DNA of 64,000 nucleotides from an uncultured Collinsella sp. (GTDB lineage: Bacteria; Actinomycetota; Coriobacteriia; Coriobacteriales; Coriobacteriaceae): the NCBI GenBank assembly GCA_900542085.1, contig UQMK01000001.1:31707-95706 (forward strand), given 5' to 3'. Within the stretch, counting starts at the first letter, position 1. Each line of letters starts with the position of its first letter. Below the pieces are notes generated by a model. The model saw only the letters and a program-made list of their open reading frames with translations, was not told the origin of the DNA and ran no database searches. This document shows positions 41,028 to 49,871 of this stretch, in pieces. Position numbers and translations under genes: made by a program.

Positions 41028-42350
41028 CTAATCGTCCTTGTTGTCCTTCATGACAACGGTGGTCTCGGTGTGGCTGAAGGTGTCGTGCTTCTCGGTCAGG
41101 TCGAGCTCGCCGCAGTAGCAGTCGGCGTGGGTGGCCTCGTTGGCCGTCTTGAGCTGGCCTACCAGCAGCACGTCTGCGATGATCACGATGATCAGCGGCG
41201 CGACGATGTTGATGAGGATGCCCTCGACATCAAAGGTGAGGTAATCCGGATCGAAGGCGTTCTCGCCCATAAAGAGAATCTGGGAAAGGACAAATCCGAT
41301 CGCAAAGAACAGCACCGAGGCGATAGCGAGCTTGGGCTTGGAGCAGGGAAGCTCGCCGACCATGCGGCCGGTTTGGCCGTTCATGGCAAACAGGTAACTC
41401 TTGCCGTTCCACGAGGTAGAGAGCATCCACACGGGGAACAGAGCATAATCGTTTTCTTCCCAGGTGTAGTCGAGCTGCTTGCTTTCGACCGTGGCGTCGT
41501 CGTACTCGTCGACGACGGTCTCGCGCAGGGCCGAGATCGTGCTCTCCTCCATGCGGCGCTCGGCGCGCGCCTTGCAGGTTTCGCAATCCTCGTCATAGCG
41601 GTTGGCGATGTAGCCGGGCATATAGGCGACCGAGAACGGGCGCAGCGCGTCGTAGTCAAACGGCTCGATGGCGTCCATGTGGCCGTCGGGCATCTTGGAC
41701 GATCCGTCGACGGGCACGCGCTCAAACGAGATATTGCCCTTACGGTAGGCGTCGTAGTGGTCGGTGGTCGTGACGGTGCGGTCGGATTCCTCGGTCACGG
41801 TCTCGTTGGTCGCGTCAAAGTACACTTCGCCGTCAACGCGGGCGCCGTAGAGCCAAAACGGCACGTAAACGCCTTGGACCTCGTCGATGTGGTTGCCGGT
41901 GACAAAGCTCTTGGGCAGCAGGATTTTACCCTTGTAGTGGTCTTTGAGCGCGGCCATGACATCGTCGCGCCCGAGCTTAAACGGAATCACCAGGTCGGGT
42001 GAGAAGTCGCCCGAGAGCTGGCCGGGTGCCACGGCGGAGTTGCCGCAGTACGGGCAGGTGGTGACGGCGACGGTGCCGTCGGACACGAGCTCGGCGCCGC
42101 ACGACGAGCAGATGTAGCCGGCGTTTTGAGCCAGCTCCTGCACGGCATCGTCGACAGCAGGCTTGGGGGCCGCGGCTGCGGCATCGGCTTTGGCATTTGC
42201 CTTGTCCTGGCGCTCGCGATAGAGGGCCTCGACTTCTTCGACTTCAAAACGCGAATCGCAGTAGTCGCAGACGAGCTTTTGCTCGGCACTGGCAAAGTGA
42301 AGGGGGCCGCCACACGCGGGGCACTGATAGTTGACGCTCTCGAAGGCCAT
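41028..42350 (-). CDS. Membrane protein with two N-terminal zinc ribbons and two C-terminal TM helices (YdjG-like?)
   Basis: It has CPACG…CDYCD and CSSCG…CPYCG motifs, and its C-terminal hydrophobic helices are characteristic of membrane-spanning helices. Confidence 0.55.
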   Translation of the reverse strand: MAFESVNYQCPACGGPLHFASAEQKLVCDYCDSRFEVEEVEALYRERQDKANAKADAAAAAPKPAVDDAVQELAQNAGYICSSCGAELVSDGTVAVTTCPYCGNSAVAPGQLSGDFSPDLVIPFKLGRDDVMAALKDHYKGKILLPKSFVTGNHIDEVQGVYVPFWLYGARVDGEVYFDATNETVTEESDRTVTTTDHYDAYRKGNISFERVPVDGSSKMPDGHMDAIEPFDYDALRPFSVAYMPGYIANRYDEDCETCKARAERRMEESTISALRETVVDEYDDATVESKQLDYTWEENDYALFPVWMLSTSWNGKSYLFAMNGQTGRMVGELPCSKPKLAIASVLFFAIGFVLSQILFMGENAFDPDYLTFDVEGILINIVAPLIIVIIADVLLVGQLKTANEATHADCYCGELDLTEKHDTFSHTETTVVMKDNKDD

Positions 42351-42374
42351 GATCGGTCCTTTCGCTGCCGGAGG

Positions 42375-43112
42375 CTATGCGCCGATGGCGCCGCCGCAGT
42401 ATTCGCAGCGCCCGCTGGCATCGGGAATGGTGGTTGCACCGCAGAAGGGGCAGGTGACCGCGGTCTTGGGGGCCTTAGCGGCCACGACGCTGTCGCGCGT
42501 TTCCTGACGCAGCTGCACCAGCGCGTCGCGGACCTCGGTTGCCTGGCGCTTGGCCTCGCGGTATTCGATGGAACCGCGCTGATCGATGGTGGAGTCGTTC
42601 ACGCGCAGGTTGATCTCGGTAAAGTACGGCGTGTTGACGTGGATGGTCAGGTTAAAGTCGTAATCCAGGTCGTAGCGCGGCGGATTGTAGCTCTCGCGCT
42701 CGCCGTCTTTTGTCTCGCGATAGATTTCGGTGCGGTGCTCGTCGATATCCATATCGCAGCCGAGTACCTGCGAGAACTCGATGATGTCGGGATTGGCGTC
42801 GCGCCAGCGGCTCTGCGAAGTGATGATCAGCAGGCCCGCGTCTTCGTCGAGCATGATGTTGGTGCGCCCGGCCGAGAGTGTGCGCGTGGGGTTGAACGAC
42901 GCCAGGCGCTCGGCATTGGCCTCGCGGTAGGCGAGTTGCTCGCGGATATCGTCCGCGGTGCTGGAGCGATAGCCGTGGAAGTAGGGGGAGAGCTTGCCGG
43001 CACACTCTTTGCACAGGTAGCCTTCGCTGATCTTGGTCTTTCCCAAAAGTCCCAGCTCGGTACCGCAAATCGCGCACTCTTTCTTCTCGAACATCTTGTC
43101 AAAGAAGCCCAT
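42375..43112 (-). CDS. Zinc-ribbon protein (N- and C-terminal CxxC pairs), first gene of operon
   Basis: It has CAICG…CKEC and CPFCG…CEYCG motifs. Confidence 0.55.
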   Translation of the reverse strand: MGFFDKMFEKKECAICGTELGLLGKTKISEGYLCKECAGKLSPYFHGYRSSTADDIREQLAYREANAERLASFNPTRTLSAGRTNIMLDEDAGLLIITSQSRWRDANPDIIEFSQVLGCDMDIDEHRTEIYRETKDGERESYNPPRYDLDYDFNLTIHVNTPYFTEINLRVNDSTIDQRGSIEYREAKRQATEVRDALVQLRQETRDSVVAAKAPKTAVTCPFCGATTIPDASGRCEYCGGAIGA

Positions 43113-43232
43113 GGCTGCCTCCCATCAACAGGTAGCGTGTGTCACTTTTGATGATGGGGGAGTGCGCGATCTTTCACGATACCCAGACGGCTCAACGAGT
43201 CTCCACAACTGGGACATATGGCCCATTTTTAC

Positions 43233-43310
43233 CTAGTCATTGGGGACGTACTTAAATGAGTGCTTCTCATTGGTGACGTGCTTAAATGAGTGGCAGTTGG
43301 GGACGCTCCT
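43233..43310. repeat. Two tandem MITE/REP-like units (TCATTGGGGACGTACTTAAATGA, TCATTGGTGACGTGCTTAAATGA) plus partial third, in divergent promoter region
   Basis: They belong to the same family as the other TAGTCATTGGGGACG elements. Confidence 0.7.
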
Positions 43311-43457
43311 TGCCGAGTTAGAGGTCGCGCGTGCCCCTTCTGGGCCATGCGGCTCAAAATCGCGGCGTCATGCGGACGGCTGTGATCGAATTTGCAGCAT
43401 TTCGAGCTCGGCTTCGATATTGAGATTGGTTCTTTATTAAAATAGGTCTCCAGACAA

Positions 43458-45023
43458 TTGAGCTGCCGGGGGTTAACCATGAGGGGCGTGGAAGACACAA
43501 CCGCATATTTGCGTCGGGGCATTCGGGAGATTCTGTGCCTGGCGCTGTTCTTCTTCACGTTTTTGGCCTGCGAGTATCTCTTTGATGCGCGCATGGCCGA
43601 GTTCGTGCCATCGAGTGAGGTCGTCATCTACGAGAGCATCGTTGTCGGCGCGAGCGTGATCGGCTTTTTCGTGCGCCCATTTCTGTACTATTGCCGTCCC
43701 CAGACGATCGATGCGACGAGCGATATTACGGGCGTGCTGTTGGTATCGGCGTTGCTGCTGATGATTATGGCAGTGCGGTTTGAGGTGGTAATTGCCGGCG
43801 GTTTGGTGGCGTGCTGTGCGCTGGGCTATTGCGGGTCGACCGCCCATGCCAATCTTGCGCGGCGTTTTGCGCAGACGCCCTGCCTGGCGCGCGCCGTGGC
43901 GGTTTCCTATGCTGCGGGCATTTTGGTGCAGGTGCTCAACCATATGGTGGTGCCTGCGGGCATTCCCCAACAGTCTGCTCTCATTGCCTGCGCGATTGCG
44001 CTGGTGGGGCTGCTTCACGGTGCCCGCCGCGCTAAATTGCGTGATGAGCCTGCGCCCGAGTTCGAGGCCGAGATTGCCGAGCTATCGGTCGATGCGTCGG
44101 AGCGTGGCGCCAGGTGGCACGATGACCCCGAGGCAAAGGCGGCCTTTCAGGGTGCCGCGGTGCGTCTGACGGTGGCGACTGCTTGCCTCACCGGCGTGTT
44201 CGCGGCCCTCAATGCCGGCCTTACGACCTCGCATGCTGCTGGCGCTATCGATCTGGGCGACTGGCCGCGCTTGCTGCTGGTTGTGAGCGCCCTTGCCGCC
44301 GGCGTCCTGTATGACCTGCGTGGGCGTTCGTATATGAATATCATCATGACGTGCGCCGCCATGCTGTCCACGCTCTCGTTCTTTGTGCTTATCACCGATG
44401 GCAACGGCGGCAACACGCTTGCCGCCACGATCATCTTTTACCTTGGCACGGGCTTTTTCGTGGTGTTCTTCACCGCGAAGTTCGCCGCGATTTCGATGTA
44501 TGCCCGCTGGGCGTATCTGTGGCCGTGCATGGGCCGTGTTATCAACAACGTTTGCTCGATACTCGTGACGGCTCCGGCGGTGGCGATTATCTCGAGTCAA
44601 AACGTGCTGGCGGCAGTGAGCGTCGTGCTCGTGCTGTTTGTCGGCATCGCAATTTCGCTGTTAGGACAGTTTGGACAAGACGGTGAGGGCGAGGTGACGC
44701 ACGGCGGGCTGGCGCTTGCCACCGACGATCTTGGCGTGAGCTGTGAGCCCGGCCAGGCCGACACGGTGCCCCTGGAGGCGCCGGCGCTTTCGTTTGACGA
44801 TCGGCTCGATGGCTTCGTTGCCGCCTTTGGGCTCACCAAGCGCGAGCGCGATGTTCTGGAAGCGCTGGTCGTTTCGGACGACAGCGTGCAGGACGTGGCG
44901 GCGGCACTCTTCCTTTCGCGCTCCACGCTCTATCGCCACATCGCTTCGATCAACAAAAAGACCGGTGCCTCCTCGCGCATAGCCCTCATCAACTTCTTCT
45001 GGTCCTGGACACCCCAAGACTAG
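43458..45023 (+). CDS. Membrane-anchored LuxR-family transcriptional regulator (≈10 TM helices + C-terminal LuxR HTH)
   Basis: The C-terminal region TKRERDVLEALVVSDDSVQDVAAALFLSRSTLYRHIASINKKTG is a LuxR HTH. The N-terminal portion is polytopic. Confidence 0.8.
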   Translation: MSCRGLTMRGVEDTTAYLRRGIREILCLALFFFTFLACEYLFDARMAEFVPSSEVVIYESIVVGASVIGFFVRPFLYYCRPQTIDATSDITGVLLVSALLLMIMAVRFEVVIAGGLVACCALGYCGSTAHANLARRFAQTPCLARAVAVSYAAGILVQVLNHMVVPAGIPQQSALIACAIALVGLLHGARRAKLRDEPAPEFEAEIAELSVDASERGARWHDDPEAKAAFQGAAVRLTVATACLTGVFAALNAGLTTSHAAGAIDLGDWPRLLLVVSALAAGVLYDLRGRSYMNIIMTCAAMLSTLSFFVLITDGNGGNTLAATIIFYLGTGFFVVFFTAKFAAISMYARWAYLWPCMGRVINNVCSILVTAPAVAIISSQNVLAAVSVVLVLFVGIAISLLGQFGQDGEGEVTHGGLALATDDLGVSCEPGQADTVPLEAPALSFDDRLDGFVAAFGLTKRERDVLEALVVSDDSVQDVAAALFLSRSTLYRHIASINKKTGASSRIALINFFWSWTPQD

Positions 45024-45026
45024 CTA

Positions 45027-45066
45027 ACCACCACAAAGGGGACGGGCACCTTTGTGGTGGTTTTTT
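45027..45066 (+). terminator. Intrinsic terminator ACCACCACAAAGG-GGACGGGCA-CCTTTGTGGTGG-TTTTTT (repeat family copy 1)
   Basis: It is a perfect 12-bp stem followed by T6. Confidence 0.85.
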
Positions 45067-45168
45067 ACCTGCAAAAATATGAATATGAGACATTTGTCAC
45101 CTGCCGTTTTGGTGCTCAAAGGCATATGAATGTGATGCTGAGCAGAGCAGAACGGAGGGGGTGCACCT

Positions 45169-45618
45169 ATGGCGTCTCGGGGTTGCGCGTCTAATAAAAC
45201 TGCGGGCGCGCTTATCGCCGTGGTGGTCTTTGCCGCGGCGGTGACACTCATGCGAGTTTACGTTGCCGGCGACCATGGCGCTCAAGGAAAGACTGCCGCG
45301 CAAGTGTCGCTCAACGATTGCGCTGCCGTTCCGGTGGCGGTCAAGCTTATCGAGGACGGGGAGGCGCGGACGGTCTATGAGACCAACGATGCCGAACTGG
45401 TCGCATCGACTTTTGCCGCGCTCGATGGCTGCACCGTGGGGGATGCGGTGGATGAGCGGATGAGCGATGCCGGCCGAACGCTCGTCTTTATCTATACGGA
45501 TGGCTCGGAGCAATCGGTAGAACTTGAGGGCAAAAACATCGTGCTCGATAAGACGGCGTACCGACTTAACAGTGCCGATGAGTTATGGCGGCAGCTTGCC
45601 GCGATCAAAAACAGCTAA
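45169..45618 (+). CDS. Hypothetical small secreted/membrane-anchored protein
   Basis: It has an N-terminal hydrophobic segment (ALIAVVVFAAAVTL). Confidence 0.5.
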   Translation: MASRGCASNKTAGALIAVVVFAAAVTLMRVYVAGDHGAQGKTAAQVSLNDCAAVPVAVKLIEDGEARTVYETNDAELVASTFAALDGCTVGDAVDERMSDAGRTLVFIYTDGSEQSVELEGKNIVLDKTAYRLNSADELWRQLAAIKNS

Positions 45619-45638
45619 CGAAATTAGGGATGTACGGG

Positions 45639-47201
45639 ATGAGTGACTTGAGATTCTGCCCGGCGTGTGGGGCGCAGCTGCCTCGGGTCGCCGGCGTGCC
45701 GGTGCGATTTTGCCCGGGGTGCGGCGTCCGACTTGAGGGCGTTGTGGGCTACTCGGGCGCCGTGGGGGCTACAGATGGGGCGACTGCCGATGACGATGCG
45801 GACGAAGGCGGCGACCCGAGCGTGGACGCGCCGGCTGATGCGCCGGTGGAGACTGCCGGCGTCGCGTCGTCGTCTCGTGACGCGGCTACGACGGATACGC
45901 CTCACATCGGTGACCTTGAGCTTCATGCCGCATGCGATGCCTCTGGCGGGCAGGCACTCGCGCAGGTGGCGCTGCCGCGGGGCTGGCATATCGAAGAGGC
46001 GCATCTTGAGCGCAGCGGTAGCTTCGACTGCCCGATTTCGGTTGGCGTGACGGCAGCGGGTCCGATGGGCGAGCGGATTATGTACCACTCCGAGCTCTGT
46101 TACGTGGATGCGGGTACCGTTGCCAAGCGTATCCCCACGCAAACCGAGCACAAGGCGTTTATGCACGTGGAGGCAGCTTGCGACGAGCTAGCTCAGGCCT
46201 GCGCGGCACAGCTGGGCGCACGGGCGGAGGTTGTGGCCGAGCAACCGTACCCATCGAGCGCGGCGGTCGATATCGAGCGCGAGCGTGCCCGCGTAAAGCG
46301 CGAGGCGGCAAACGACTTTGCGATTCAGGGCTTTTCGATGGAGCCGAGCAATGTGATCTATGAGTGCCGCATGCGTCGATATCGGCTCGCGGACGCCCCA
46401 GTGCCCACCGAACTCGCGGTGGCGGCCAAAGTCGAGGGCTATGTGGCCTCGATCGTCGGCGTCGCGGGCTCTATGGGTAAAGGCATTGCCGCTGGGGCCG
46501 AGGCGCTGCTGGGCGCAGGCCTTTCGAGTGGGCTGATCGGCGGTGTTTTGGGCAAGCGCCTGCGCGAGCGCCAGGCGGCGGCAGCGGCGGGACAGGGCGT
46601 CGCGCAAGAACAGCCCACGGGTCGAGGCGGTTGCCCGGACGGAGCGTCGTTCGAGCTGGGCGCGGCCGACCTGCTGCAGTGGCGTATCAGGGACAGCTTC
46701 TGTTTGGTTGCGCCAGAAGGTCGCCTGGACGAGGCGGCCTCCACGGCGCTTGCATCAATGGCGTCGACTCTGCGGCTCAATCCGGCGATTGCACGCGAAG
46801 CGTCAGCTCAAAAGCAACAGATGGTGCTTGAGCAACGCCAACGCACGCAGATGAACATTGCCCAGCAGCAACAGCAGTTTGCAGCCTGGCAACAGATGCA
46901 TGCCTCGCAACAGGCGGCGTTCGACAGCTACCAGCAGGCGTGGTTCGATCGCAGCGACCGTCAGCACGCCGCGAATATGGCTGCCAGCGCCGCCAATTTT
47001 TCCAGCGCGGGCGTGGGGACGGGCGCTGCCTCGTATTCCGATGCCATTCGCGGGGTCAACCATTACGTCAGACCCGACGGCACCGATGTCGAGGTCTCGG
47101 TGATGGCCGACCAGGCCTGGGTCAACGGTTCGGGCGATGTGATCGGTACACGCGATGGCTTTGAACCCGGTTTTGGCTGGACGGAGCTGCCTCGTCAATA
47201 G
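45639..47201 (+). CDS. Hypothetical zinc-ribbon protein with Gln-rich C-terminal region
   Basis: It has an N-terminal CPACG…CPGCG ribbon and a Gln-rich C-terminal stretch (QQQQQFAAWQQMHASQQ). Confidence 0.55.
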   Translation: MSDLRFCPACGAQLPRVAGVPVRFCPGCGVRLEGVVGYSGAVGATDGATADDDADEGGDPSVDAPADAPVETAGVASSSRDAATTDTPHIGDLELHAACDASGGQALAQVALPRGWHIEEAHLERSGSFDCPISVGVTAAGPMGERIMYHSELCYVDAGTVAKRIPTQTEHKAFMHVEAACDELAQACAAQLGARAEVVAEQPYPSSAAVDIERERARVKREAANDFAIQGFSMEPSNVIYECRMRRYRLADAPVPTELAVAAKVEGYVASIVGVAGSMGKGIAAGAEALLGAGLSSGLIGGVLGKRLRERQAAAAAGQGVAQEQPTGRGGCPDGASFELGAADLLQWRIRDSFCLVAPEGRLDEAASTALASMASTLRLNPAIAREASAQKQQMVLEQRQRTQMNIAQQQQQFAAWQQMHASQQAAFDSYQQAWFDRSDRQHAANMAASAANFSSAGVGTGAASYSDAIRGVNHYVRPDGTDVEVSVMADQAWVNGSGDVIGTRDGFEPGFGWTELPRQ

Positions 47202-47274
47202 CGTGAGGCGGCTTATGTGTGAATCGATGCCGGGTGTGTTTCTCGGCAATGTGATAAAGAACGGGAAAGGAACA

Positions 47275-48015
47275 ATGATGAGGGAGACGGTACTTTCGCG
47301 CACGGCATTTGTCGCGGCGGCGGGAACGGCGCTGCTGACGCTTGTGGGGTGCGGCGGACAGCGGACGCAGGATGCGACGGGTTTTAACGACGACCGCCCG
47401 GTAAAGGACAAGATGGACGCGGGTGCGACGTCGGGCGATTCCGACGACGCGGACAGCGGCTCGTCGGATGCGTTCGATACGTGGTCGGATGATTGCTGGG
47501 ATGCGCACCGCAACATCAGCATCGCGGCGCTCCTCGAGCTTAAGGGCTGGCAGTTGCAGGAGTTTGCCTCGCAGCAGGGCTATACCTGGCAAGACGCGCT
47601 CGAAATGTACGAGGACGAGGCGGGACACGTGCTCAGCGTCTGCAATATCAGCAAGGACGGCGCGACCGAATGGCTCGGCGAGGACGAAATCGGAAAGCTC
47701 GACAAGGGCGGCACCGGAAGCACCGTGATGTTCACGCTGCAACTTTCGGGCTATTCGAGCTGCGAGGATGTTATCGCGGGCTTTTCCGTGCCGGTCGAGG
47801 ACCGGGCGCAGATTACTTCGGGCTCATGGATCGCGTGCGTATACGGTTCCAACATGGCGCGGCACGTTGCCATGGCGAGTCCGATGGAAAACGGTGACTA
47901 CCGCTTGGATCTCATTACCGAGGAGGCTATCAAGACCGGTACGTTTACCCAGGGCGGCGGTTCTCCGACGATAGACGAATTTTGGCAGGAAAAGACTGGA
48001 CGCGCGCTCGGCTAG
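47275..48015 (+). CDS. Lipoprotein (paralog A)
   Basis: MMRETVLSRTAFVAAAGTALLTLVGCGG is a lipobox signal, and there is a GGGAAAGGA RBS. Confidence 0.65.
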   Translation: MMRETVLSRTAFVAAAGTALLTLVGCGGQRTQDATGFNDDRPVKDKMDAGATSGDSDDADSGSSDAFDTWSDDCWDAHRNISIAALLELKGWQLQEFASQQGYTWQDALEMYEDEAGHVLSVCNISKDGATEWLGEDEIGKLDKGGTGSTVMFTLQLSGYSSCEDVIAGFSVPVEDRAQITSGSWIACVYGSNMARHVAMASPMENGDYRLDLITEEAIKTGTFTQGGGSPTIDEFWQEKTGRALG

Positions 48016-48050
48016 GTGCGACGTGGCCAATACCATAGCGAGGAACGAAC

Positions 48051-48737
48051 ATGATGAATGAAGTGACGATGAGCCGTGCGGCCTTTGTGGCAGGCGCGGG
48101 TGCGCTGGCTTGTGCGCTGGCTGGCTGCTCGGGCGGATTGGGCGGCGCGGGCGGTGCCAAGAAGGCGACCACGGCGGACGCCGCCTGTGTAGACGACAAC
48201 GCCAACGTGACGGTCTATGCTGCGATTAACTTGGACGGCGCCGACCTGGTGCGCCTGCTCAAGCATCAAAACTATGAGTGGCAAGGCGAGAGCGTGGGCT
48301 ACGGTGCCGCCGATGACGCGGGACTATTCGCCTTTACCTTTTCTAAGATTTCGGATGATGTGGACGAACTTGCGAACAGCGCGATACCGCTTTCGGAGTC
48401 CGAGTACAAGGAACTTGAGCCGGGCGGCGGAGACGATAGCGTGGCGATTTTGCTCTCGGTGAGCGGCTATACGACGGGCGATCGTGCGCTCACCGGCGCA
48501 ATCGGCGATGCGGCGATAGTGCAGGAGAAGTGCACAATCGACGATTCCGTGTATTGGCTGGTTAAGGCGCTCGACGGCAGCCGTTACGTGATTTCGGCCT
48601 ACGACACCGAAGATGATGGCGACAGCGCGCATGACATCTATATCTATAGTGAGTCTTTTATTCACACCGGTTATCTGAGCGGCGGCGACCAAATCGATAT
48701 TGACGAACTCTGGAGCCGCCTGACCAATGCCTCGTAG
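48051..48737 (+). CDS. Lipoprotein (paralog B)
   Basis: MMNEVTMSRAAFVAGAGALACALAGCSGG is a lipobox signal. The signal peptides of paralogs A and B are similar; similarity of the mature regions was not assessed. Confidence 0.65.
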   Translation: MMNEVTMSRAAFVAGAGALACALAGCSGGLGGAGGAKKATTADAACVDDNANVTVYAAINLDGADLVRLLKHQNYEWQGESVGYGAADDAGLFAFTFSKISDDVDELANSAIPLSESEYKELEPGGGDDSVAILLSVSGYTTGDRALTGAIGDAAIVQEKCTIDDSVYWLVKALDGSRYVISAYDTEDDGDSAHDIYIYSESFIHTGYLSGGDQIDIDELWSRLTNAS

Positions 48738-48746
48738 CGCACCAAA

Positions 48747-48786
48747 ACCACCACAAAGGGGACAGGCACCTTTGTGGTGGTTTTGC
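48747..48786 (+). terminator. Intrinsic terminator, second copy of ACCACCACAAAGGGGACRGGCACCTTTGTGGTGGTTTT family
   Basis: It matches 45027-45066 except for one loop base. Confidence 0.85.
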
Positions 48787-48874
48787 CGGTTGACGACTCG
48801 GCAAAGTGCGCCCGCATCGACGCCCTGCCTGCGCTAAACTGGAAGGCACGCACGCGATTACGAGAGGAGCCCGC

Positions 48875-49558
48875 ATGGAGGCTTACAAGCAAGAGTTCAT
48901 CAAGTTCATGGTCGAGTCCGACGTCCTTAAGTTCGGCAGCTTTACGCTCAAGAGCGGCCGTCAGTCTCCGTTCTTTATGAATGCCGGCGCTTACGTGACG
49001 GGCTATCAGCTCAAGAAGCTGGGAGAGTATTACGCCCAGGCCATCCACGATAACTTTGGCGATGATTTTGATGTACTGTTTGGACCGGCCTACAAGGGTA
49101 TTCCGCTGGCCGTCGTGACCGCAATTGCCTACCACGAGCTGTACGGCAAGGAGGTCAAGTACTGCTGCGACCGCAAGGAGGCCAAGGACCACGGCGCCGA
49201 CAAGGGCAACCTGCTGGGCTACGAGCCCCAGGACGGCGACCGCGTGGTCATGGTCGAGGATGTCACCACCAGCGGCAAGTCCATCGACGAGACCTATCCC
49301 AAGGTTAAGGCTGCTGCCGACGTCGAAATCAAGGGCCTGATCGTGTCCCTCAACCGCATGGAGGTCGGCAAGGGCGGCGTGACCACCGCACAGAAGGAGA
49401 TCGAGGCCAAGTACGGTTTCCCCGTCGCGAGCATCGTTTCCATGGCCGAGGTCGTCGAGACCCTCTACAACCACGAGATCGATGGCAAGGTCGTCATCGA
49501 TGACGAGCTCAAGGCCGCCATCGACGCCTACTACGAGCAGTACGGAGCTCGGGAGTAG
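48875..49558 (+). CDS. pyrE: Orotate phosphoribosyltransferase
   Basis: It has the PRPP-binding motif VVMVEDVTTSGKS, and the length matches OPRTase. Confidence 0.9.
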   Translation: MEAYKQEFIKFMVESDVLKFGSFTLKSGRQSPFFMNAGAYVTGYQLKKLGEYYAQAIHDNFGDDFDVLFGPAYKGIPLAVVTAIAYHELYGKEVKYCCDRKEAKDHGADKGNLLGYEPQDGDRVVMVEDVTTSGKSIDETYPKVKAAADVEIKGLIVSLNRMEVGKGGVTTAQKEIEAKYGFPVASIVSMAEVVETLYNHEIDGKVVIDDELKAAIDAYYEQYGARE

Positions 49559-49561
49559 GTA

Positions 49562-49735
49562 GTTACGCGGGTTTACCAACCCGCGTAACCAGTTGACGCT
49601 GCAAGCCCGCCAGAGCGGCAATCTGCCTTTCAGCTTCGGCGGCATGACCAGAAGGTCAATGCCGCCTCGTTTCAAGGCACCTTGCTCGCTCTGACGGGCT
49701 TTCGCTGTCGTTGCCAAAACATCGGCGTTGCCGGA
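49562..49735 (+). repeat. ~170-nt structured element, copy 1 (hairpin GTTACGCGGGTT-TACC-AACCCGCGTAAC; long-range stem GCCCGCCAGAGCG/CGCTCTGACGGGC enclosing hairpin GGCGGCAT-GACCAGAAGGTCA-ATGCCGCC)
   Basis: A second copy at 52385-52560 shows compensatory base changes in all three helices. Confidence 0.7.
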
Positions 49736-49736
49736 G

Positions 49737-49772
49737 TAGTCATTGGGGATGTTCTTAAATGACTAGTCAGAA
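49737..49772. repeat. MITE/REP-like unit TAGTCATTGGGGATGTTCTTAAATGACTAGTC
   Basis: It belongs to the dispersed family; this is the fifth locus in the window. Confidence 0.7.
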
Positions 49773-49774
49773 AT

Positions 49775-49838
49775 GAGCGTGGATAATCTCCCGGTTTTGG
49801 CCTGTGTGCGGGCTCAAAGTGGGAGATTATCCACGCTC
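49775..49838. other. Large perfect hairpin (18-bp stem GAGCGTGGATAATCTCCC/GGGAGATTATCCACGCTC, ~28-nt loop) between convergent pyrE and rpiR-like gene
   Basis: The inverted repeat is seen directly in the sequence. Confidence 0.6.
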
Positions 49839-49871
49839 GTTAGATAAGCGTCCGAAAATCCGCGCTCGTCG

